NCBI RefSeq assembly: GCF_036971445.1 | Contig: NC_091478.1 | Coordinates: 11,904,001-11,968,000, forward strand | Direction: 5' to 3' | Source of the DNA: Narcine bancroftii | Taxonomy: Eukaryota | Length of the DNA stretch: 64,000 nucleotides | Shown: positions 12,500 to 24,778 of the stretch, piece after piece | Layout: every line of letters begins with the position of its first letter | Numbering within the stretch: position 1 is the stretch's first letter | The notes under the pieces: model-generated | Database searches by the model: none | Told to the model about the DNA's origin: nothing | The model's input: only the letters and a program-made list of their open reading frames with translations | Translations under genes and position numbers: made by a program

Positions 12500-13867
12500 C
12501 TAATAACATTACAAAAGTAGACATTTAAACAATGTACAATCTGCAAACTTCCTTTCACCCTCCAAGCCAAAGAAAGATTCCAAAAATACGACATGGATTC
12601 AGTAATTATACACATCTAGGATTAAAAATCATTGGAAAGGAATCACAGATGGAATTAACACTTATTTCATCACTGCTTTAATATCTTTGTTGTCAATTCA
12701 ATGTTTTTAATATTTTTTTCCATTTAAAATATTTTCAACCAGATATTCAGCAGTAATCATTCATAGTTCAGACTCTCAAAATAGTTTCTCATTGTTAGAT
12801 CTTGATATGACAGAAAATCTGTAATTTTCTGACACTCCTTGGCAGGAAGCGGAGCTGGAGACAGTGTTCACTTCCATCTAAGCTGTCATTGTATTTTTAA
12901 CATTTTTGAAAGACTTGTATAATTTCAGTGTTAATTTTTCTTTTATAACAATAACCCCCCCTTCCAGAGATATTTTTATGCTTCTCTTCCTTCTTGTGAA
13001 GATCTTTCTCATAGAAAACTAAAAACTCAACATCATTACAGAAATAATTCTCAGCCAATGTTTCATGGAAATTCCGGTTTATTTTCTCTTTTGTCCTTCA
13101 CTGCCCAGACATACAACTCAGAATCTTATTTGCCTTATCCAAGACCTTTAGAAACTCTGGTAATCTTGACGAGATGTTTGAGTTTGACTTGTTCACACTT
13201 GTTTTTCGTTTTACTCTTAAAATTTATATTTTCACCGCAGTCTTCCCCTTCTTTCAAGATATTCTACATAACTGAACCATATCATATCTCCCAGACACCT
13301 AGTCACTTATTTAATACATATACACCAATGCAAGGGGGCGAAATCACATAATTTAAAGAATAAATACGACAATTTTGGAAAGGTCTGGTAGCCATTTCTG
13401 GATCACATAGGGGCCCAAATACAGTAATAAAAGGGAACAAAAAAGGGTATCAAAGTAACTATTTTTGTGTATATAAAGTTTCCCCAACTGTCCTCTATTT
13501 ACTTAAAATATATGTAAGCTCTGACAGTGAATGGATCTGTATGTATGGAAGGGGAGGAGGGAGGAAAGGACTGTTTTGTTTCTGTTGTGTTTGTGAGAAA
13601 AAAGTTTAATATATTGTATATTTAAAATGTCACTATGTATAACTTTTGAAAAACAAAAATAAAATATTCAAAAAAATGTATCTAACATATTCATACACTA
13701 TACTGAAACAGCAGAAAAATCATTTTTTAACCATCACATCCAAGACCTTCCTCTCTAAAACTGTTTGTCCCATCTTTGACTTCTGACTTTCCATGTGAAG
13801 AATAACTCAGTTCATGTTAACCAATCTTTTATTTTCCCCTTGTCAAAATGCACGATTTTAACTGACA

Positions 13868-13974
13868 TACTGTCTTTACTATAAAATGCACATGAAATGT
13901 AGTGTCATTTGATGCTAAATCATTAGGTTGATAATTGCAGCATGAATTCTTCAAATAAGAAGATATTTTTATCC
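13868..13974. repeat. Inverted repeat arm B (intron 7), partner of 11359-11465
   Basis: TACTGTCTTTACTATAAAATGCAC...AAGATATTTTTATCC is the reverse complement of arm A with one mismatch. Confidence 0.92.
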
Positions 13975-14359
13975 TAATTATTAGTAAATCCTATGACTTA
14001 TGCAGGAATATATTTGCAGTATACTGCTAATTTATTAATTCAACTATAAAACAAAACCACTACTCAGTGTAGTAACTTAATTAAGGACTTCTCTTTGAAA
14101 ATGTTATTGACTGAATTTGGGCTGCAAACTCAGGATAAGAGTTTCTGTTCCAATTAGTCAAGAGATAAAATTTAGAAGATGACAGGGAAAATTATAGACA
14201 TATTTGTGGCCATCAGTTGCCAGAAACAGTAAATAAAGATATTGGACTCGATTTTATGCTTTTGATGAAATTCTGGGATGGAGGCATGTTTAAATAGTCC
14301 CTGGAGGCACTAGTTGAAAAATTTGGCTATCAATTGCATTAAGTTTGGAAACAAAAAAG

Positions 14360-14640
14360 CAGGAAATCTTTCATATTCCATTCAGAATGTCCCAAGTTGT
14401 TTAAGAGCCACCAAGATACTTTTCAGTGCAGTTGCTGTTGTAATGTAGGAAACACAAAGGAGTATTGCGATGATGAGCCTATAAACACCGATTTAGGGAG
14501 GGGAAAATAATATCATAAACTCAGTGTCACTTGACAGAACTTTAATGATTCAGCTGGATGTTTCAGTGTTTTGTGCAGAAGAGGTCTTGAACAAGTAGGC
14601 TCAAAGGGAAAAAGTGTTGCCAAATGAGTCATAACTGACA
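14360..14640 (-). mobile_element. Old Deu-domain SINE-like remnant; similar remnant near 27000-27256
   Basis: Degenerate resemblance, from memory, to the SacSINE1/AmnSINE consensus (TTGGTAGCACT...AGTC head at the 27.2 kb copy; TTTCCTACATTACAACAG...CACTGAAAAGTA tail here). Boundaries approximate. Confidence 0.4.
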
Positions 14641-14809
14641 CTATACAAGAATAGATACATTTTTCATAATTTTCAACAGAACTCCAAAATTAGAATACTG
14701 GCTGTAAATCATTCAAATAATGTAATCAAGTTCGATGCTGTTAACATTATTCAATGATAAATCATTGATGTTTTGTCACCCAGCAACTTTGAAGAGAAGA
14801 AATGCTCAC

Positions 14810-14924
14810 CTTGCTCTTCAGTGGGGAGTGCCAGTGAATTGGAATTCGATCGACGTACCCTTAATGTAATACAACCATTTTCATGAAGACAGAATAAAGC
14901 ATCTCGCTGACGACAAGGAATGAC
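14810..14924 (-). CDS. WDR11: WDR11 exon 7 (VIPCRQRDALFCLHENGCITLRVRRSNSNSLALPTEEQ)
   Basis: Translated by hand. ctag|GTC acceptor, G|gtgagc donor. 115 nt. Confidence 0.95.
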
Positions 14925-16399
14925 CTAGGGCATAAAACTAAGCAACTTTAAAAAAATGTGACTTTCCGTAGTGTGGTCTATTTAAATATAAGAAAATAGC
15001 TAAACTTCCATTTCATGGTTATTTCCAGTACAAACTGAAAATATTGAATGTTAACAAAACAAACCAAAAATAGTGACCTCGCACACATCTTGTAATGCTC
15101 ATCACCTGTTGCCATATCTGTCAGCAGGAAAAAGCCACATGGTATATTTATTACAGATACAGGTATTCACACTTTACAAATTCTCACTTTACTCAAATTT
15201 GCTTTTACAAAGAAACCTTTGTTCGCTTTTACAAATGGATTTTTGCTTTTACGAAAGGCGGCCAGCGGGGCGGTCAAAACTTGTTTTCCCAATTCTACAC
15301 TGTGCAGACATTATTTCTACTTTATATAGGCTGTGTATTTATATCATTCCTGCTATTATTACTATATATTAGTGTTATTTTAGGTTTTATGTGTTAATTG
15401 ATATGATTTGGTGAGTTATTTTTTGGATCTGAGAACGTTCAAAAATTTTCCCTATAGAAATCAATAGTAATTGCTTCTTTGCTTTACGCTTTTTCAGCTT
15501 TCAAAAGGTCCCATACGAACACTCTAGTTTTGTAAAATGCTCAGATTATACCTGGGGAGAGAGATGAGATTGTAAATTAGAGTAGAAGTTCTTAGCCCAT
15601 TGAATCTGCTCTACTTTTCCCAACCATTACTACTTCAGCAAAGAAAAGTAAAAAATGTAGATGCTGGAATCTTGAGGGTATAAAGTGAAGTTGTAGGGAC
15701 TTAGCGGTCAGGTACCATTTATAGAGAGAAATAAGCAGTCAATATTTCAGATTCGACCCTTTTATTGTGACTTGTTTTGGGAGGAAAACTAGTTGATGAG
15801 ATGTCCTATTCAGTTCTAGTTTCCATCTCTCCTTTACCTGCTGCCAATCTCACTTTTCATTCCCCACCCAATGCTCCTAGTTATCTCATCCCCTACCTTA
15901 CTTGCCACCACTTCCACCTTCTTCTGTTGTGTATCATATTGCCTCTTTACTCCTCCCCAGCCCCTTCCACCTCTAGTCCTTTCTCTTTACACTTAACATG
16001 TCCCTCTCCTGCATTAGTCTTAATAGAGGGTCCTGACCCAAAACGTTGACTGAACATTTTGCTCCAGGGATATTACCTAACCTACAATGACCAAGTATCC
16101 AGCTTCTAGAGATTAAAAATTCCCAAAGGTTCTTGCTGTGAAAACCTTCCTTCATGTCAGTTCTAGAAGACCTACAATTTCGAAAGTATGGTCCAAGGCT
16201 ATTGCGAGATTCTCTCCAACCTGGGGAAACAGCCTCACAAAAAACATTTTGTCAAACCCTCATTGAATCTGACATATTTCATCAAAATGGTCTTGAATTT
16301 TTCTAAACTCCCAAAAGTATGGGATAATTCTTCTAAATATGAAATTTTCTTGCAATAAATTTAAGTAAACAAGCTTCAACAAGTTGAAGAAAAATGTCA

Positions 16400-17140
16400 G
16401 CACTGCTGGTGTTGCTGTGATGGCAGTGCAGACACAGCGCTGCTCCGAAGGGTTCAACCACCCAGTTCTAGCATCAGCGGCTCCGTACAGGCTTTAAACA
16501 CCTGTAAAAGGAGCCAACAGTGCTGATAAACAAAATCTTGCAACTGCAGGATCTGGGCCCAAGATGACGCCACCTGAGCATGGAAACAGCCACAAGGGGT
16601 TGCAGATTTCGGGGAACAAGGCATCTGAAACAGAAGTACACCTCCTGTTGAGAAGGAGAAGCAAAGGAGGTGACCCTACAAGGAAGGTGACCATGGCAGT
16701 GGAACAGTGAGGGGCTCAGCAGTGAAGGACCCACGAGGCAGCAGGCTGTTTGGTGGACGCGGTTGAAGGTCTCATACAGGCTGTGGGCTGCTGGAGACTG
16801 GCTCATGGGAACCAGGTATCGGAGCCAGGGCAAGGGCTCCTGAAGGGCCTCGGGCACTGAAGGTTTCCTGATTGTGTTAAAGGTTTGCATCTGGAGCTCA
16901 GATGTAATTGCCAATGGATCGAAAAGGAGTCTGTATGGCTACAGAGGTTGTGGGAACGCGGGAGGCGAATCAACAGACACTCAGTGACTCTGAAGGGACT
17001 CTCTTTTGCTTCTCTCACTGTAAGGAATGCTTAGCGACTCTAATGGCTACTCTCTGTCTCCCTTATAGCAAGCAGAGGCAATTTTCTGTAATATTACATG
17101 TTCTTTACTATGGACAAAGGAATCTGAATCTTCAAGATTC
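16400..17140 (+). repeat. Unclassified GC-rich interspersed repeat; second copy near 54500-55125
   Basis: Shared blocks in both copies (GGCTGCTGGAGAC.GGCTC...ACCAGGTATC, TCCTGAAGGGCC, CTCAGTGAC.CTGA..GGA.TCTCTTTTGCTTCTCT). Boundaries approximate. Confidence 0.65.
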
Positions 17141-17231
17141 CATCAATTAAATATTCTCTATGTTAAATATTCTCTATGTATACTGAACACGTCAATGTTA
17201 AACAAAGGCAGCACATCTGAGAAATATTTAC

Positions 17232-17397
17232 CTGTAGAAAAGGAGCTCCTGTTCTTTCAATTGCCACTATGCCTACAGTTTGGTTTACTTCCAAGTCAAG
17301 AATCAGGATTTCTCTGGGGTACAATAGCAGCATATGGTTCCTCTTTGATGGCAGATAAGATAACTGCAGGCAGTCATTCAAAGTTACCGACTCAGCA
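17232..17397 (-). CDS. WDR11: WDR11 exon 6 (AESVTLNDCLQLSYLPSKRNHMLLLYPREILILDLEVNQTVGIVAIERTGAPFLQ)
   Basis: Lies within ORF 17163..17429. ttcag|T acceptor, CAG|gtaaat donor. 166 nt. Confidence 0.96.
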
Positions 17398-18439
17398 CTG
17401 AAAACCAGACAAATTAAATGTAATTGCAAAAAGCTTATTACGTGAAAAATTATTTAGTTTTTCCCCAAATATTGAAACCAAATGCCTTAGAATGAGGGAA
17501 CATGTTTCCTTTCATTCCGATGAAGTTCAAAACATTTAGATATGGAGTAATTCTGAGAGCAAAAATTGACATTTGGCATTTAAAGCTAAATGTGGCCTGA
17601 AGCATCATTAATTCCTTATATGGTACATATCTAAAAGACCGAAAAGTTCAATTATCAAAACTTTTCTTCGGTGGTGTCATGACATCACAAGTTGAAAAGA
17701 TTTTTTCACCCAATAAGCTCATGTTGGGCCCGATTCCCCCACTCCCAAATCCAATGACTCATCGGGTTATACCCAAATTCTCGTTAAATTGGGATGCGTA
17801 AAATCAGGGTTTCACTGTACCTTGCTCTGGACTGACAAGCAAAAAATGGCAAGGTATCCTTTTCTCAATTTTTTAACATTAATGAAACAATTAATAGAAT
17901 TCTTAATATGCAGAAATGCTCAGTTGGGCAATAAGTAAATATGTTTAGCACTTTGATACCCATATTTATTGACAAGCTAAACAGTTTGGCTATTATTGGG
18001 GGAAAAAAAAGTTATAAATTTCTCAAAGTTTTTGGGATAACTGTAATCATGAAAACGACTATCCCTCGATCCAAAATGTCCAGCCACAATCAGGAACAAA
18101 ATAAAAAGCAATTCAACTGGAAGAAACATATTGCTATGACATATTGTCGAAGCAATTCAATTACCGTTGACTGTTTGGTAAAATAATAATCAAAATATAC
18201 ATTTTAAAATTATACATCAGTTATTGTAAACAAATTCCACATTTCCAAATATTCCTGAATAGGAAACCATCAGGGAAAGTTATTTGAATTATTAATGTTC
18301 GTATCATTAAATGCAATGCCTTATAAATAAAATAGTAATTCTCTTCATGACTAGTAGGGATTATTCTCAGTAATGAAATATTAATTCAAAACAACTAAAA
18401 GTGTAAAATACAAATGGTTTACCTTAAAATTCAACTTAC

Positions 18440-18623
18440 TTTGGTTTTTCATTAGTGATGAGGATTTTCACTTTGTTGAAAGCTTTCTTGGCACCAGTTC
18501 CTGCTAGTTTTGTGTGGGCAGGGCTTGAATGAGGACTTGATATATAAACCTTCTTTCCTGAGCTGCTGGGTGGTTTGGATGGTGAAAAGTCTGAGATAAA
18601 TACTATACCTTCACTGGTCAGTA
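18440..18623 (-). CDS. WDR11: WDR11 exon 5 (LLTSEGIVFISDFSPSKPPSSSGKKVYISSPHSSPAHTKLAGTGAKKAFNKVKILITNEKP)
   Basis: Translated by hand. ttcag|TA acceptor, AA|gtaagt donor. 184 nt, phase consistent. Confidence 0.95.
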
Positions 18624-19160
18624 CTGAAATAGGAAATTACGGTAAATATTTTGCTGCTTTAAAAAAGTTTGGAAAAAGGTTTATGTCAAAAAAAACTTTC
18701 TCCCTTGAATCTATAGTTGTTTTATCCTAAAATAATGATGAGCGAGAATAACAAGAGATCTACATATAAAAATAAATGTGAACCACAGAAGTATTTCACC
18801 TTAGAATCATTAAAAAAATTATAACAAAATAGAGGGGCCATTCAGCCCATTATATCACGTATTAAAAAGAACTGGAAAATATAGAATAGAACAGGACCTT
18901 TATCTCAACCAGTCCATGTTGACCAATTTGGGATTCTGGGCTAATCCCATTTTCCTGCATTTGGTCCATATCTCTCAAACCCTGTGCTATCCATGAATTT
19001 GCCCAAATGGCTCTTGAATGTTGTTATTGTACCCGCTTCTACAATCTCCTTTGACAGCCCATTCCAGAGAAGTACCATTCTCTGAGAAAAGAAATGGCAT
19101 ATTAGTTGCCTTCTAAATTATTCCCCTCTCACCTTAAATCTATGCCCTCTAGTCCTAGAA

Positions 19161-19793
19161 GGCTCTAGAGGTGGTCATAGTTGACGTGTGGTAGTGGGGA
19201 CAAATGTTCTTCATGCCGTGCATCTCAAATAGCCTCTAACAACCAAGTCCTTCACGTATGGCATAGTTCTTATGCCCGGCGGAGCAGTTCTCACTGACAG
19301 GAGAAGGGGCAAAGGCAGGCCACTCGCACCTTGAAATCAGATTGGACTCATTAACCACGGATGGTAACTCAACTAGGAGAGGGAAAACTCCGATTTCAAA
19401 CCTCCGCTGCCTTGTGGCTATACCAACTCACGGGAGCAAACCCTGAGGAAAAATCCAGAGTCAGAATCCTGAAGGTGGCTGACAGCCGTACCCAGCACCA
19501 GCTCAGCAACTCCTGTGATGCTGCTGGCACCAAGCTGTATCGACTCTCATCGTTCCTTTGGACCTGTCATTAGCATGGAGAAAGGGGGTCCCACTGTACG
19601 GGCAACAGAGACAGACAGCTCTCCATATCAACTCTACCCTGAAGAAGCCACCCCATCAGACACATGCAGCATCTGTGGCAGAGCCTGCCATTCCAGGATC
19701 CATCTCAATTGCCATAGACAATGATGCTCAACAAACCCGTGACTACCAGAAATTCAGTACCCATTGTCAACCACGACTGACAGAGACCATACA
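19161..19793 (+). mobile_element. Non-autonomous bipartite RTE-derived retroposon inserted in a CR1 fragment
   Basis: 10-bp TSD AGTCCTAGAA at 19151-19160 and 19794-19803. Removing it rejoins the CR1-like flanks. The 3' part encodes an RTE-type zinc-finger end CSICGRACHSRIHLNCH. Confidence 0.72.
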
Positions 19794-20629
19794 AGTCCTA
19801 GAACCATTTACCATGGGGAAAAAGACTGTGAGCATTCACTTTATCCATGACCCTCATGCATTTTCTTTATACCTCCATAAGTTCACCTCTACCCTCCTTT
19901 GCTTGAGATAAAAAAATACCCAGCCTATCCAACTTTCTCTGTAATTTAGCCCCTTCTGTACCAGCAGCATCTTGGTGTATCTCCTCTGAACCCCTTCCAT
20001 TTTACTGATGTCCTTCCAATAGCTGGGTGACCAGAACTGCAAACAACTTTAAAAGTTTGCCTACACCCTTGAAGATCAAGTCATTAATGGTCATCTAAAA
20101 GAGTAATGTTCCATGCTTGAATCACCAGGCATGTTACCCTCTGAGAAACAGTCATTAGTTATAATTGCCTTCCCTTTTTTAAAATTTCATGGTCAATTCT
20201 GCCACAAGCTTTATATGTGGTTCTTATCAAATATTATCCAAGTCTTATATATACACACTCCAAACACTGTACTCTAATAAACCAAGTTCCACTGATTTAC
20301 TTATTTGCAGCCAACAATACATGGATAACAATTCTTCTGAACATATTTTGCAAAGTCCTCCTTCTTTTCCCTTAACTATCTCTATCATGTTCTCCTCTTA
20401 CCAATATTTGTTTAAAGTTTGCTATCTACATTTTCTTTCTGTTTAGTTGCCTATAAAATACAGCAAGTAGCTCTTTACCTCCTTAATTGTTCAATATGAT
20501 TTTTAGATTACTGCTTCAAACAGATATTAACTGTCCCTTGCACCATAAAAACCAGCTATTCTAAAAAAATAAACATGGTTGCATCAGTAATTGACCTTCT
20601 GCCAGGACACTTTGTACTTATTTACACAA

Positions 20630-21331
20630 GTGTATAAAGCTCTGCCACCACGTGTATAAAGCTCTGCCACCACGTGTATAAAGCTCTGCCACCACGTGTA
20701 TAAAGCTCTGCCACCACGTGTATAAAGCTCTGCCACCACGTGTATAAAGCTCTGCCACCACGTGTATAAAGCTCTGCCACCACGTGTATAAAGCTCTGCC
20801 ACCACGTGTATAAAGCTCTGCCACCACGTGTATAAAGCTCTGCCACCACGTGTATAAAGCTCTGCCACCACGTGTATAAAGCTCTGCCACCACGTGTATA
20901 AAGCTCTGCCACCACGTGTATAAAGCTCTGCCACCACGTGTATAAAGCTCTGCCACCACGTGTATAAAGCTCTGCCACCACGTGTATAAAGCTCTGCCAC
21001 CACGTGTATAAAGCTCTGCCACCACGTGTATAAAGCTCTGCCACCACGTGTATAAAGCTCTGCCACCACGTGTATAAAGCTCTGCCACCACGTGTATAAA
21101 GCTCTGCCACCACGTGTATAAAGCTCTGCCACCACGTGTATAAAGCTCTGCCACCACGTGTATAAAGCTCTGCCACCACGTGTATAAAGCTCTGCCACCA
21201 CGTGTATAAAGCTCTGCCACCACGTGTATAAAGCTCTGCCACCACGTGTATAAAGCTCTGCCACCACGTGTATAAAGCTCTGCCACCACGTGTATAAAGC
21301 TCTGCCACCACGTGTATAAAGCTCTGCCACC
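20630..21331. repeat. Perfect 22-bp minisatellite (GTGTATAAAGCTCTGCCACCAC) x ~32 in intron 4
   Basis: 702 bp / 22 = 31.9 units. I saw no variant units and no spacers. Confidence 0.97.
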
Positions 21332-21904
21332 CAGCCTTGAAGCTCTCTTGACTTTAGGAACTGTCGGAGCTCCTCTTTCTCATATTATATACAGTACAAC
21401 ATGGGATTGGCTTTGAAAGGGTCCAGGCTGTCGATCTACCAATAAAGTTTACAATATCTGAACCAAAAACTAGTGACTAAAATCCATACAAATTAAATGG
21501 TATTAATTCAAAGTACCTATTGTAGATTTGTCAAACTTCCTCTCAATCCATGTAGTTAACTATTTTGTGGTAACCCAAAAAAATGGTCAAAGAAGCATAA
21601 AATCAGCACAATTTTCTGATTCAGTTCCGTTTCAAATCTAAAGTTGTACAGCTTTCAAATGTTGAGTTTGCACTAACACAAGGCATAGTTCAACAAATGT
21701 CCTCATTTACACCATCACAAAAGTTACACGATTGGTCATAGGAGTGAAAATAGTTACAGAAATTCAACAGACAGAATGCTGGCAGGAAGGTATTGGAAAT
21801 TGGGAATGCTCAATGATATACAGTTGTGACCCAGAGGTTGGGGAAGGTATTGAGACTAGAGCGATAAAAATGGTCCTATTTCTTTCTATAAACTTCATTC
21901 TTAA

Positions 21905-22140
21905 CCCTTTGGACACCAGTCATTTTTTTTTAACCTTTCATAATATACAGTCTGGACTGGGTCCATGGGTAAACTAAAGTATGTACACTAGTTCAAACCA
22001 GCTGGTGAATGGGTATAAAACTGGCCCTGGAAAATGAGGACAAGGAATATAGGCGTTTGTTAGTGGTACCTGAAAACCAGGACACAAAATATATGCCCTT
22101 GTTGGTAGTCCCTGAAAACAGGGACATGGAGTCCAAAGGG
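21905..22140. mobile_element. piggyBac-type MITE
   Basis: TTAA|CCCTTTGGAC ... GTCCAAAGGG termini, with the right TSD decayed. Homologous to 35185-35372. Confidence 0.72.
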
Positions 22141-23188
22141 TTTGTGGGGTTGTGAATGAAAACATATTTGGCATAGTTGAGCAGAGTGTTGATGTTTGCA
22201 AGGAGGGTGAGGTCAGAGAGTCATTTGATTTCACCCTCCTTGCAAACAGCACTCTGCACAATAAACTGAATTTTTAAATTTTTAGACAGCACAGTAACAG
22301 GCCCTTTCGACCCTCGAGCCTATGTCGCCCAAATACACCCACTTGACCTAAAACCCAGTATGTTTTTGAAGGGTGGAAGGAAACTGGAGCACCTGGAAGA
22401 AACCCATGCAGACAGGTAGAGAATGTACAAACTCCTTCCAGGCAGCACCAGATTCAAATCTAAATCGCTGGTGCTGTCATGGTGTTGTACTAACCGCTAC
22501 GGTTACCCTAATGTGCAAAATAAAATGCAACGACTTGCATGAGCTTTAAGCCTTTCATCTGAAAGGCCAGCTTCTAAGTTCATAGCAATTTCACGGGCAA
22601 GAAAGGGGTGAAGAGTACTCTGGCATGGGATGAATTGCTCTGGCCTGAAAATGACCTCCAAGTACAAGAGTTTGGCCATTCTTGTTCCAAAATCATTCTG
22701 ACAAAATTATATTTGAGCTTTCCTTTTTCAATTTTTTTTTTCCATTGTAAAGAGATGTCTTTTATAGTCTAAACTTACAATATGAATAATTTATAGGTTT
22801 TACAGGTTTTCCTGCTGGCCCTGCGAAATGTTTATAATTGAATTTCAGAATCAGTACTTCAAATACCTAAATTATTCAAAATACACAGTATATCTTGGCA
22901 ACAATGGTAAAGACAGTTCAAGGTCATACCAAAACAAATTTGCAGCATAATTCTTCTAAGGTCCCAAGAAAGGGATTCTCACTATAATTATTTAGAGCTT
23001 AAAATATAATTCTTACTGTGAATTTCTAGACTGCTGCAGACGACATACATTGATGGTTGTTTTACTGAAATCACTGCGACCAAGCATCAGAAAGTTAATC
23101 CATGAAAACATCACATTAGTTTAATTTTGCAGTGCCAAATGAGCCATGCTTATGGCAGACCACACAGGATCAAGTTAAATCAACTTAC

Positions 23189-23362
23189 ATGCCAGATGAG
23201 AGAGCTCAAAAGGGTCAAATGAAAAGGAGAGAATGTTTTCTGCATAACTTTTCTTCCATAATTTTGTACCAGTATCTGCATTCCAAAGAACAATGTAGTT
23301 TGGTGGATGAACTGCCAACAGGAGGTCCCGGGAGGCATCCTGATTCCACAGCCATTCCATGT
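23189..23362 (-). CDS. WDR11: WDR11 exon 4 (DMEWLWNQDASRDLLLAVHPPNYIVLWNADTGTKLWKKSYAENILSFSFDPFELSHLA)
   Basis: Lies within ORF 23175..23504. tag|AC acceptor, T|gtaagt donor. 174 nt. Confidence 0.96.
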
Positions 23363-24300
23363 CTATTAAATAAAATAGGAAAGTGCAAATATCAGGAACA
23401 ATGTCCCTCTGCATTGAGAACAAGAATTTGAGTTTTACAGTAATATATAATTTACTTATTTTTTTATTTAGACATATAGCATGGTAACAGGCCATTTGGC
23501 CCACGAGTCCATGCCATCCAATTTCTCCCCAATTAACCTACATCCCCAGTACATTTTTGAACAGTGGGAGGAAACTGGAGCCCCCAGAGTAAACCCATGC
23601 AGTCATGGGCAGAACGTACAAATTCCTTACAGTCAAGGTATCTGGAAAAAACTAATTATCAGATCTAGGGTTACAAAGTTATTTAAATATTACCATTCAA
23701 CCTATAAATTCTGATTAATTCCAGATCAGTTCCCCTCTGCTAACAATGGAAATTAACACAGAGCAGATTTAACCATCCTTCTAATGGTTTAGTAAATGAA
23801 GGATTCTATTACTAAGTTTTAAATCAGAACTTCGCAATGCAAATTATTTTCCAAGTGAGGGATTTAAAATGTACAAATGTAATGCTTTTAATTATTTTTA
23901 AAAGCTGATTTGCTTTGGTTTGTAAACTAATATCTAAAGCAAACATGAGTCAGAGTTAATAATACTGTAGATCCAATCATAATTTCCCCCACTTCCAAAA
24001 CATTTCAGGGAAAATTGTGTTAGAAAATTGTTAGCTATTATTGGGAGATTAAAACTAAACAGCATCTGCCTACTGAAGAAATATAATTATTACAACATTA
24101 TTCGGAAATGAATTGATTTTTTTTTCAATATACTATATAATACTTCCAAGTTACTTTGCCATTACTCTGGAAGATCAAAGCCCTGAACTAGAACAGGTCT
24201 TTTAGTAATAGCTTGCTATTTTGGGAATGTTCGACTTCAACATTTTAAAGTTCTCTGATGCCCGAATGCATGACAGACCTTGCACATTTTAAACCCTTCA

Positions 24301-24778
24301 AAGTAAAACTCTGAAAATCCAGCACCACCATGATTTTGATGGTATCAGACAAACAGATTTTCTGGACCACTGAATGTTATTCCCAATAATAACCAACATA
24401 CTTTGATTATTTTTTTAATGTTACACATTAGTATAATAAATTTTGCAGTCTACCTGCCCATCCGGGTTAAATGGAGCAGGAAACATACATGTATTCTGGA
24501 CCCCAGCTCAGGCCACAAACCCACCCACTTACTGGACTCCCAATGTTCTGGAGTCAAACCCAGCTTAAGTTCCATTCACAACCCATAGTCTGGACCACGT
24601 TTGGAAGAATAAAAGGTCATTTTATGAACAAAACTGATAGGGTTCTCTGAACTCCTAACACGATCTACACACCCCACTTGCATTCTGGACCACAACTCGT
24701 GTTCTGAATGAGTCAGCCAAATGCTGAACCATCAGGTTTTCCAAACAACTGGATTCTGGATTATCAGAGTATTGATAT
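24301..24778. mobile_element. Degenerate Tc1/mariner-type MITE
   Basis: Imperfect TIRs AGTAAAACTCTGAAAATCCAG / CTGGATTATCAGAGTATT. Internal CTGGACCAC-like repeats. Confidence 0.45.

Noticed and set aside
20584-21331. CRISPR-like array, or three long repeat-protein ORFs (223-248 aa)
   Set aside because: The units are head-to-tail with no spacers and there are no cas genes. The ORFs arise because the 22-bp unit has no stop codon in any minus-strand frame.
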